Below are positions 49,934 to 60,000 of a stretch of 64,000 bases of DNA, one piece after another. Numbering within the stretch: position 1 is the first letter of the stretch; each line of letters begins with the position of its first letter. Position numbers and translations under genes: made by a program. Below the pieces are notes generated by a model. It ran no database searches, was not told where the DNA came from, and saw only the letters and a list, made by a program, of their open reading frames with translations. The stretch spans positions 1,520 through 65,519 of the forward strand of contig JAJOIW010000057.1 of the NCBI GenBank assembly GCA_021209225.1, written 5' to 3'. This stretch comes from Verrucomicrobiota bacterium. GTDB lineage: Bacteria > Verrucomicrobiota > Verrucomicrobiia > Limisphaerales > JAJOIW01.

Positions 49934-52217
49934 TGGCGGTGCAGGCGGGAGCTATGCCCGGGTGGCTGATTTTGAAAAATCTCCAAAAGCAGTGACTGTG
50001 TCGGCATGGGTTCGAGCTCGCACGATTGTTGCCAATGCGTCGATTCTTAGAAATGATGGCGATCATTCCGCCCTGGGTCAGTTCAGCATTGGTGTGCATG
50101 GGGCATCGCCACGAATTGCCAACACCGTGACGATTAACGGATTCGAACAGCAACTCGTGTCCGATACAGACCTGGACCCCGAGACCTGGACCCATGTGGC
50201 GGTTGTCATCGCAGAAAACAGGCATTACCTCTTTCAGGATGGTAAACTGGTCGCCAGTGGCCAGGGTGGCAGTTTGCCCAATAATCCTTTAGCTGCTTTG
50301 GGAATTGGTGCCCGCATGGGAGATGATGGCCAAATTTCTGTCTCCACCCCGCAGTTGTGGGATGGACAAATTGACGACGTCGCCATTTGGTCCCGTGCTT
50401 TGAACAGCCTGGAGATCCTTTCCATCTCGGTCAAGGGGCAGGATGGAATGAGCTTAGGAGATCTTCTGGGTGTTTTACCTGTTCATATCACACGCCAACC
50501 TGAAGACAAAGTTCTTCCTTCTGGAATGCCTATCGAATTAACCATAGAGCTGGAAGGACAGGCCACATTCTTTCAATGGTATAAAAACGGCCAACCTATT
50601 CCCGGGCAGGTGAATGCGAATTTGCTGATAGGTGATTCCACCGCGGGCAATTCCGGTTTGTATTCTGTTGTTGTGGGAAATGCACTGGGTGCTGTCACCT
50701 CCGGATATGCTCAGGTTGATGTTGTGGATATTTCTCAGGTGACAACCGACCTCATTGGATACTGGCCATTCAATGAGTCCAGTGGAATGAAGCTTCACGA
50801 TTATTCCGGATTTAATTCCGATGGGGATCTCATTGGCTATTCAGCTCAATCCACCTCCTGGGTGACAGGCAAAGTAGGGAATGCTCTGCATTTTGGTGGG
50901 ATCATCGACCAGCAATATGTTCTGGTGCCTGCCTACCCGAAAGCAGATCGTGCTTTGACATTGTCAGCCTGGGTCAAGGCGGAAAGTCTGGACTATGATG
51001 CGACCATTGTAAAAAACTGGGGTGATGGAACAACCCTGAGTGGGGCGGATGTTCTGGGACAATTCCAATTGGGACTGGCATCGACAACGGGTCAGGTTTC
51101 AGGGCGCATGCCATTGTCTGACGCTGGAATAGCAACAGCAGGGGTTCAAAATTCCGCAGCGGCATTGGTGCCTGGCGAATGGACACATATCGCCATGGTT
51201 TATACAAGCCCTGATAATCAGAATTCGGTGACCAACGGCCAATTCGACTCCAGTTTAAGTTCATGGAAAATTGAAGGTTCGGTTGGTCACGATGGCAGCT
51301 TTGCCAGATTCGGGCTGCTCGATGCCTCGGGTAACAATTCCATCAGCCAGACAATTCCAACGGTGTCTGGCGAAACCTATGCCGTCCGTTTTGATTATCG
51401 GGACGATAGTATATTCAGCAATCAATCCATGATCGTCTCTGTGGATGGACTGAAGAATCTGTTAACCTCTGACCCGATAGTCACCAGCCTCAATGGAGTC
51501 GATTGGGTGACATACACACTGGAATTCAAAGCGGACAGCTCGTCGGCAATTATAAAATTCACAGACACTTCAGATACCTCTGGATTGACCAATCTGGGTT
51601 CCAAAGGGGTGGATGGATTCCTGGATAATGTCGGCGTCACACTGAAAGCCAATGGTTCACTCCGACTCTATCAAAACGGTCAGTTGGTCAGCTCAACCCC
51701 ACTTTCGCACTTGAAAGATAATCCTTTGATCAATTCATTAGGCATCGGGGTGCGCCTCAACGACATGGGAAATGGTCCAAGTTGGGATATGTCATACTGG
51801 CATGGCGAGATCGACGAACTCACTTTATGGAATCGAAGCATCACATTCAACGAAGTGTCCGCACTTTATTATATGGGCAATAATTCGACCGGGTTGTCGG
51901 ATCTCGTTCCCGCATTGGCACCACAATCATTGGAATGGGTGGCCCCTGTGGTGGATTCCAAAGCACATCGAACCCCGCAACCCATGGCCAATGATGGAAT
52001 CTATTCGTTGCCAGAGATTCGGGTTGAAGAGTCCAATGGCATTGTCACATTGTCGTGGCCATCCGGATTCCAACTATTATCATCCGAATCCCCAGTTTCC
52101 CAGGATTGGCAGCCAGTGGATGGAGCCGATTCTGACGCAGGTGTCTACCGGTTCGATACTGCCAAATCCGACACCATTCATCAGTTCTTCAAACTCAGCC
52201 TCCCTCCGAATCGCTGA
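49797..52217 (+). CDS. giant surface protein A, segment 4: LamG, Ig-like, LamG with a nested jelly roll, C-terminal W...FFKL module
   Basis: Real coding starts near 49910 (FGNAVDFDGG continues the LamG of segment 3). FQWYKNG...GLYSVVVGN is Ig-like. Ends ...IHQFFKLSLPPNR. Confidence 0.8.
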   Translation: MAIGDSMRLMGRFLWTIPARIIQPELLLQVALHSGSRQFGNAVDFDGGAGGSYARVADFEKSPKAVTVSAWVRARTIVANASILRNDGDHSALGQFSIGVHGASPRIANTVTINGFEQQLVSDTDLDPETWTHVAVVIAENRHYLFQDGKLVASGQGGSLPNNPLAALGIGARMGDDGQISVSTPQLWDGQIDDVAIWSRALNSLEILSISVKGQDGMSLGDLLGVLPVHITRQPEDKVLPSGMPIELTIELEGQATFFQWYKNGQPIPGQVNANLLIGDSTAGNSGLYSVVVGNALGAVTSGYAQVDVVDISQVTTDLIGYWPFNESSGMKLHDYSGFNSDGDLIGYSAQSTSWVTGKVGNALHFGGIIDQQYVLVPAYPKADRALTLSAWVKAESLDYDATIVKNWGDGTTLSGADVLGQFQLGLASTTGQVSGRMPLSDAGIATAGVQNSAAALVPGEWTHIAMVYTSPDNQNSVTNGQFDSSLSSWKIEGSVGHDGSFARFGLLDASGNNSISQTIPTVSGETYAVRFDYRDDSIFSNQSMIVSVDGLKNLLTSDPIVTSLNGVDWVTYTLEFKADSSSAIIKFTDTSDTSGLTNLGSKGVDGFLDNVGVTLKANGSLRLYQNGQLVSSTPLSHLKDNPLINSLGIGVRLNDMGNGPSWDMSYWHGEIDELTLWNRSITFNEVSALYYMGNNSTGLSDLVPALAPQSLEWVAPVVDSKAHRTPQPMANDGIYSLPEIRVEESNGIVTLSWPSGFQLLSSESPVSQDWQPVDGADSDAGVYRFDTAKSDTIHQFFKLSLPPNR

Positions 52218-52247
52218 ACCGAATCCACATTTTGTGTGACTCCCCTC

Positions 52248-52276
52248 AGCTGCCTGTAACCAGGCGGCTTTTTTTG
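52248..52276 (+). terminator. rho-independent terminator
   Basis: 9-bp stem agctgcctg/caggcggct (one G-U pair), loop taac, then T7; 31 nt after the stop at 52217. Confidence 0.7.
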
Positions 52277-52899
52277 TAATTTATGTTTTCAAAGATCCTG
52301 ACCGATTCCAGGAGGTGTCATTCCAGGCAATGGAAATTTCAAGCTCCTTTCTCGAGGCACATATTCCTCGAGGATCGGTCATCATGGATTATCCATCGCC
52401 AGAATATTGGCCCATTCAAGGACATTCTTGTCTCAATCTGAGTCCCGGATAAAAAGCCGGGGTTCCTCATTTCCCACGGGATCACGATCTGATTGTCAGT
52501 AAATAACTTATAAATTAAAGCGTATCATCTGTGTTCAATTCTGTGTCAAAAAAATTTTACTATCCAGAAAGTGGACATTTTTTGAGGTGGTGTAGGATTG
52601 GGGATTCCCATGCGGGGTGGCTGCTGACCGGTTGGGATCCATTTTTGTCTCAATTGCAGTCAGAGTTCTGATTTTTCAATTTTCCAGGTGTGAAATGACA
52701 TTCAATTGAGGTGAGTTCCGGATAATCCGGTGAGTTAAGGTTGGAATGGATGATCCGACTTAAGAGTAAGCTTCGGTCTGATGGATGATGGGGAACTGAA
52801 ATGGACGGGTTATGAAGCGTGATGACTGATGTGATGTTCCAGGCAGGAAGTCCTGAGCACATTGAGTAATAAAAATTCAAGATACCAGAATCAAGCAGG

Positions 52900-55800
52900 A
52901 TGATCATAAGCTGTATGAATAGCGGGTTAGTGCGCAGTGGCAATTGGCAAAGACTCGTTTTCGCTATATTGATTGCATTGTCGGTATTGAGCCAGACATT
53001 CGATAATCTGCGAGCCGCAGGAATGCATGTGCTCAAGAATGGGGGAATCATTGAGGCCTATGAGACGGATGGTGCCGTACGGCCAACAGTTTTCACAGAT
53101 GATACAGTGCACTCCCACTATATCGCTTTTGCGAATTATAAAGGTGAATTTCTATTGCTCTCAAATGATGGACATATCGATGATCTCCATCCTGAGCTGG
53201 GATATCGGGAGAATGCATTCACTCATCTGTCCGGGTTCATTGGGTATAAAGGCATTGCGTTTGATCCTGTTGCACAAGTCATTTTATTGCTGAATGCAGG
53301 ATCTAAAATTGAGGCTTATGATTCGGAACGGAATTCAGTGACCACGCATCCGTTTCATGGGGTTCAATTGCCCCCATTGTCTGTGCGGGATATCACTTAT
53401 GACAGCATCAACCACCACATCATTGCCCTGCATACGGATGGCAAACTTGTTGGATATAATTCGTTCGGCAATATCATCCCCACCGAATTCTCCAATACCC
53501 ATAACTTTGTCAATCTCAGTTCGCATTCAGGCATAGCATTGATCTTTGATCCATTTGACCTGTTTAAGAATGGCGAATGGCCGTATGAAGTGAAGCCTGT
53601 CAATCTGTTGAGCAGCCAGGCGGTTGGGGTCTCGGGAAAAGGCGCGGCCGGAGTGCCGAAATTCAATGCATTTCATATTCCCGAAGGACAAAACCGGGCT
53701 CTTCTGGTGGTTGCGATATTCGAAAGGGATCACTATATACCGGCTGATGCAGAGGATGAGGACGACGAGGGCGATGAGTTCATGCTGGGAGGGAACTTTG
53801 CTGCTCCCGGGTTTCGAGATGGTGACTACACAATCAATGCGCAGTTCACAGGACCTGGGGGAACTCTGAATCAGCGGAACCCGTTGGCATTTCCGGAAGG
53901 CGACCTCAGGTTCACATGGCAGTACATTTATCAATCCGGATTTGATAGCCAGGTCGATGGGGTCATGTTTTCGGGCGAAACATATCACATCGCAATCTAT
54001 GAAACAGAAATCAAGTCGCTTCTGGGTGGTGCGAAGACCGGAAGCATTTCGATCAATCTGAATGATGTGCCGTTGCCAAAGAATGATGGCGATGATGCGG
54101 TATTGATGGCGTATGTGTTTGAGAACGTGGAACAGACAACCCGGGGCATCACCCGCTCAGGTGTAGCCAACGATACAGACCTTTCCGGTGGGAAAGCAGG
54201 TAACTGGGTTCGTTCAGACAATGATTTGGACAGTCTGCAGGAACCGGATGAACCACAGGATGGATTTCTGGCCGTTGGTTTCAGCTTCCTGGGTTATCCA
54301 CAACACAAAGGAGGCTTCCTGCCCACTCAGGGATTTGAAACCATTCACAACCTGACCACTCAAAACGCCAATGGCATCTATTCCGCCTATAATGACCCGG
54401 ATGGTATCAGTATCGGAGCTGAATATCGAAATGGCCCTGAAAGTGGTGTTATCGATTCGTTCACCATGGCCTCAGGCGGGCCGGAAGAAATCATGACCAA
54501 TGGAGGAGGGATTCTTGGGTTCACCATTGAGGCCATTGGAGCCGGTTCATCTGAGGAGGATAAGCCATTTGACACAACCCGGATTCCAATTGATACCCGC
54601 ACCTACCTCATACAAACCGATCAGGCTGACATATATTCCATTGATCTTGTGACCGGAGAGTCCTGGCTGTTGGTGGACAATTCTTTTGATGGGGAAGTGA
54701 ATGGTGCTGGATTCAATATTATTGATGGGACGATCTGGGGATATTTGAACAGCGAGAATTTGAATAACCTGGTCAAATATGATGGAAGCTTCAAGCCTGA
54801 GATAGTTCCAATCACGGGTTTGAATCCTGGAACTTATGTGACCGGGGATATCAATTCCGCGGGATTACTTTATCTCAAATCCTCCAGTCGGGTTGAGATT
54901 ATTGACCTGAATCCATTTTCCCCATCCTATAAAACAAGCATTGGGGAAATCACATTGCACCCACCGTTGTCCAATGGATTCAACTTTCATGATTGGGCAT
55001 TCAGTCCCATGGACGGAAAGCTGTACACAGTCAATGCGGACTCCGAGTTATTGCGGATAAATCCATTCGATGGAAAAGTGGATTTAATAAACACAGTCAA
55101 TGGCATGACAGATGAAGAGTCTATGGGCACAAATGGGGCTGTGTTTTTTGATTCCAATGGGAATCTGTACATTTCGGATAACAGCAGTGGGATTATATTT
55201 AAAGTGTTGACACCGCATCTGCTTGCAGCAGGTGGTCCAGTCGAGGGGATTTTGTTCACCTATGGACCAAAGTCTGGAATCAATGATGGTGTCAGAGCCC
55301 CGACTGCTCTGCTCTCTGGATTGCCTCAACCGATTGATCCTGAGGAACTGCCCGAGACTATTTCCCTTCCGGCACTGATCCGGGATGTTCACATAGACCA
55401 TCCGAATTTTCAGAATGGCATCAGTGGGTTGGTCAAAGGAGTGGTGAAAAACAGCCTGGGGGCAGATGGGAAACCAGAGTGGAATGCCGATACCATTGCT
55501 AAGTATCATACTTCACTCTCAAATCAGTTTGATTTCAATATGTGGTGGAATGATACCCCAGGCCTCTCGAAATCGATTCAACCAGAACACATACTGAGCG
55601 GAGACGCCCCCGGATCAAAACTGGTTTTCCATAGAAATGCCAATGGAACATTCACTTTTAAAGATCTGAATTTTTTCCCTTTACATGTGAATAGTGTGGT
55701 TCCGGGATCCACATTGGAGCCGCATCTGGATAACAATTACCATTTCACGATGGAAGTGCACACCTATTTCACATACACCAAAGGGTCGGTTCTGGAATTC

Positions 55801-57039
55801 ACAGGAGATGATGATGTATGGGTATATATAGATGGAAAGCTCGCGGTGGATCTTGGTGGGGTTCATGCAGCTCAGAAGTATACACTCCATCTGGATGACC
55901 TCAACCTGCGCGAAGGTCGGAACTATAGTTTTGATCTCTTCTTTGCGGAGCGGAATACGGTTGATTCCCAGTTGGTGATTACCGTGCCGGCTGGATTTGG
56001 ATTTGATGTTCCAGAATTTCCTCCCATGGTTGCCGAGTGCTGCCTCGGAGAAGTCTCAATGGATCAGTATTCAACCAATGGTGCCGCGGAATTCTTCCCG
56101 GCAACCGAAGCGTTCCTCCTTGCATCCGGCTACCCAGGAAAAAATATCGGGTCGGTCTGGAAAAATCAGAAAATTGATTTAACCCAGGATTTCCTGCTTT
56201 CAGCGGACATGTATTTTGGATTGGTGGATTCTGGCCAGGGTGGAATAACCATGACATTGCAGGATTCATTGGCTGGGTCTCAGGCAATAGGTGGGGATGT
56301 TGCCACTTTCGGGACTGTGCCCACCAGTTTTGGAATTTATTTCAAAACCTATTCCGAAGGCCTTGATCCAATTGAGGATCATTTTGGTTTTTATCAAAAT
56401 GGTATCATTGCCCCGATTGGCCAGCCGGCTTTGCCTATAAATCTCAACGGGGCAAATATTGAAAATGGACAATGGTTGCCAGTTGAAATCATATGGAATG
56501 CTGGGGACATGACCATGAGCATTCATGTGGATGGATTTTTGGTTCAGACATTGACGCACGATATCATCAACAATGCACTGGGTGGCTCTCAAAGCGCATA
56601 CATAGGCTTCACAGCCGCAACTGGTCCGAATGATCCCAATAAATATGGAGTCCGGATCTGTGAATTGGAAGTACATGAGGATTCAATGCCGGAGTTCACA
56701 TTAAGTGTGGCTGAGACGCGGGATTCGGATTATCTGGAGGAGGGGGTTGTTCTGGATCCTGATCTCACAGTTATTTCTGACACCCCTGGAGCACTGGTGC
56801 CTGGAGCTGCTGTCCGGTTTGCGGGAGGTTTTGATTCCTCAAAGGAATGTCTCATTCTCATGAATGCCGCTTCAAGCGGATCTTTGGACGGAGTGGAGTG
56901 GAACTATAACAATCAGACCGGTGTGCTGGCTCTCAAGGGGAAGCTTCCGTCGAAGTATATCAATCTCTCCTGCGACGAGTGGCCTATTGCCATGTCGATT
57001 TCACCAAAGCACCTGCCACAACCCACAAATTCATATTAA
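52900..57039 (+). CDS. giant surface protein B, segment 1: signal anchor, unknown module, propeller-like domain, fibro-slime/PA14, L-lectin-like
   Basis: WQRLVFAILIALSVLSQ is the anchor. Also GKGAAGVPKFNAFHIPEGQNRALLVVAIFERDH, RDVHIDHPNFQNG...FTGDDDVWVYIDGKLAVDLGGVH...FFAERNT, and GGITMTLQDS...FGIYFKT. Confidence 0.8.
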   Translation: MIISCMNSGLVRSGNWQRLVFAILIALSVLSQTFDNLRAAGMHVLKNGGIIEAYETDGAVRPTVFTDDTVHSHYIAFANYKGEFLLLSNDGHIDDLHPELGYRENAFTHLSGFIGYKGIAFDPVAQVILLLNAGSKIEAYDSERNSVTTHPFHGVQLPPLSVRDITYDSINHHIIALHTDGKLVGYNSFGNIIPTEFSNTHNFVNLSSHSGIALIFDPFDLFKNGEWPYEVKPVNLLSSQAVGVSGKGAAGVPKFNAFHIPEGQNRALLVVAIFERDHYIPADAEDEDDEGDEFMLGGNFAAPGFRDGDYTINAQFTGPGGTLNQRNPLAFPEGDLRFTWQYIYQSGFDSQVDGVMFSGETYHIAIYETEIKSLLGGAKTGSISINLNDVPLPKNDGDDAVLMAYVFENVEQTTRGITRSGVANDTDLSGGKAGNWVRSDNDLDSLQEPDEPQDGFLAVGFSFLGYPQHKGGFLPTQGFETIHNLTTQNANGIYSAYNDPDGISIGAEYRNGPESGVIDSFTMASGGPEEIMTNGGGILGFTIEAIGAGSSEEDKPFDTTRIPIDTRTYLIQTDQADIYSIDLVTGESWLLVDNSFDGEVNGAGFNIIDGTIWGYLNSENLNNLVKYDGSFKPEIVPITGLNPGTYVTGDINSAGLLYLKSSSRVEIIDLNPFSPSYKTSIGEITLHPPLSNGFNFHDWAFSPMDGKLYTVNADSELLRINPFDGKVDLINTVNGMTDEESMGTNGAVFFDSNGNLYISDNSSGIIFKVLTPHLLAAGGPVEGILFTYGPKSGINDGVRAPTALLSGLPQPIDPEELPETISLPALIRDVHIDHPNFQNGISGLVKGVVKNSLGADGKPEWNADTIAKYHTSLSNQFDFNMWWNDTPGLSKSIQPEHILSGDAPGSKLVFHRNANGTFTFKDLNFFPLHVNSVVPGSTLEPHLDNNYHFTMEVHTYFTYTKGSVLEFTGDDDVWVYIDGKLAVDLGGVHAAQKYTLHLDDLNLREGRNYSFDLFFAERNTVDSQLVITVPAGFGFDVPEFPPMVAECCLGEVSMDQYSTNGAAEFFPATEAFLLASGYPGKNIGSVWKNQKIDLTQDFLLSADMYFGLVDSGQGGITMTLQDSLAGSQAIGGDVATFGTVPTSFGIYFKTYSEGLDPIEDHFGFYQNGIIAPIGQPALPINLNGANIENGQWLPVEIIWNAGDMTMSIHVDGFLVQTLTHDIINNALGGSQSAYIGFTAATGPNDPNKYGVRICELEVHEDSMPEFTLSVAETRDSDYLEEGVVLDPDLTVISDTPGALVPGAAVRFAGGFDSSKECLILMNAASSGSLDGVEWNYNNQTGVLALKGKLPSKYINLSCDEWPIAMSISPKHLPQPTNSY

Positions 57040-60000
57040 GTCTTGGATCTGCCATATCGATGAATTTCTCCCCAGGCAGCACAGCACCCCGATTCTATGA
57101 ATTATATCATCGTCAGGGCGGCTTGAGCTGGGTTGAGGCCGAGCGTCTGGCCGCTTCAAAAAAATATCTTGGACTCCAGGGATACTTGGCAACCGTCACT
57201 GCAGAAACCGAAAACCAGCTGCTGTATTTGTTATTTGCTTTTCCCAAAGCGTGGATTGGAGCGACGGATACTTCTACGGATAAATCCTGGCGTTGGGTTA
57301 CTGGTCCGGAAGGACGTGAGGATGGACGCCAGGGACGCTGGTTTTTCCAGCAGAACGGTATCCCGGAAGCCAATCACCTCCAGGGGGCAGTGGGTGGAAA
57401 TCCAGTGAATTCCCAATATTCTTCATGGGATGGATCTGAACCCAACTCCTATGCACCCACCCAGCCGGAAGACTATGCATACATGTCCGGAAGTGGAATG
57501 TGGGCAGATGCTGAATTATTCGGGGATGGGCAAGTGGATCACTATCTTGTGGAGTATGGTGGACTACCCGGCGATTCTTCCAGCAGTGGGCTTTATGCGG
57601 AATTGGAACTGAGGCTCCAGGTTGTGGACGAGGATTATGATGGGATTCTTGATGTGGACGATGCCTGTGCTGGCACACCTTTGGGCACACCTGTGGATTT
57701 TGAAGGTTGCCCATTGCCTCAACTGATTGCCCAGAATGCTATGGGCATCATGGAGACAGCCATCCCGCTCACCATATCATTTGCTTCAGAAACTCAGCCG
57801 GACAATATCCGCATTTTCGGACTTCCTGACGGATCCATTCTCAATTATGGATATGAAACGCGGGCAGGATTCTGGATTGTGCCGAGCACAAACCTGGCGG
57901 GGTTAGCAGTAATTCCACCGGCCGGGTTTTCAGGTGATGTCACCTTGACTGTGGCTGCTCCAGCTAAAAACCAGTTCACCTGGGCAGAAAATGGAACATT
58001 CGATCGAAAAGACCAGTACTTGGCGACCATACCAACCTATGGACAAACAGCTACTGCAAGTGATATCACAGTCCGGTCATTTCTTAAAAAGCAACCGGCC
58101 GACAACGAATATACCATAGCCAATTTCAACAGCTGGAGGAAATGGATATACGATGTAGATGAACCATACTTCGGCCATTTTGCCTTGTTTGATCTGGAAG
58201 TTCCCGGTCCATTGATTGATGCCCCGATCGACAACCTGATCGCTGGAGAAACATACGAAGTTTCATTCTGGCTGGGCAATGTCAATTCGGAAGCGCAAAC
58301 CAGGACTTCCCCGCTTGTGATTCAGGCAGGATTTGTGCGGGAGGATGGATTTGTTCTGGAATACGATGCGAGTGCCCTACCAGGATATATTCCGTTGAGC
58401 AACAGTTGGCAGGATCGATGGCAACACCATGGATTTCTAACGACGCCGGACACATCTGGAACCCTCAGATTGCAGATTGTCAACAACTCACCGGTTCTGG
58501 GTGTGGGAAATGATTTGGCTCTGGATACCATAGGTGTCCGGCGACTCGTGACTGCCCAGATGACATTGACAGTCCTCGGACAGGAAATTCAGGCCTCAGG
58601 TTCCGCTGGCTTTAACACAGAACTATTGCCCATCACGATAGCTACTGGAAATATCACTTCCAACCGACCGTTTTTAATTCTGGGAGTTCCTTCTGGTGCT
58701 GAACTCTCACATGGCACCAGGATCAAGCCAGGTATATGGGTCGTTGCAGCTGAGCACATTCACCACTTGTCCATTCTTGTGGCGCGTGGCTACACAGGTT
58801 TTTTCGATCTCAAGGCTGTTCAACTCGGATACAACGAGTCGGTGACTGGTCGGGATCTGGGACAGTTGAGCACTCTGGAGATCGGAGATAAAACTCTCCA
58901 GAGTCTGAATAGGAATATTGTGGCCCGAACAGATGGAGAAGTTGTGTTTGGACCTGACGGCACCCCGATCGTAGTCACATATCCCTCTCTCAATCCTGAC
59001 ATCATCACCACAGCCATCGCCGATGCAGTAGAATCCATTTATGAAATCCACCAGGCAGCATATCTCACCCTGCACGAAAACAGAGACCATCAATACAACC
59101 ATAATTCGCTCTTAACCTGGGGATACGCTGATCAGTTCGTCTTCACCCGGGACATGAGTGAGATCGAATTAATGGTCGCTGTCGGCCAGGCACAAACCAG
59201 GGTCGAACAGGCTTTGGCCACCTTCATGACCACTTTTGTCCTGGTTGGACTTGGTCAATACCCAGCGGAATGGCCTCTCCGCAATTTACCCGTCATTTCA
59301 TCCGATTTCTGGGCTCCGGAAGGAGGAGTGTTAGCCAAAGGTGTCACCCCGCTATCACTGCGGCCGTCAGATACTCCAGGTGGTATCCGGCAGGCTCATG
59401 GTGATGTGGTTATCACACACTTCAGTGAGACACTGAATATCGAACCTGATACCGACTACATCGTTACAGTATCCATTAAAAATACTGGGCCATCCGCATT
59501 GATTTCCCTGGATGTCTCTTTCGACGGCACCTCAGTTCTCACCAGTTCTGGAATCAACAATGATGGCAATTGGCAAGTGTTTGTTGCGGAGTGGAATTCC
59601 GGTTCTGCCACAAGCAAGGATGTCACTCTGACAACCACCGGGCCAGTGGGTCATGATGTGAATATAGTTTTTGGTGAAATTGATTGCTCGGAACAAATAT
59701 CTGCTGTGGCGGCCATGGAGGCTATTTCAGCCGATGATATAGCACCCGTTGCCGTATCCACTGTGATTCAGACTGATGGAGTCACTCCGATACCAGTGGA
59801 TGTTGTAGGATTGTCCTATGACAACGAAGGTCTTATTGACCCAACCAGTGTCGTCATCGTGGAGGCTCCGGGCAATGGATCTGTGAGTATTGATCCAACA
59901 ACCGGAGTGATCACCTATACTTCCACGGCCGGACTTAAACCGGATGAGATGGGGTATGTCCTCTCGGATATGGTGGGGAATGTTTCCAATGTTGGCAGGA

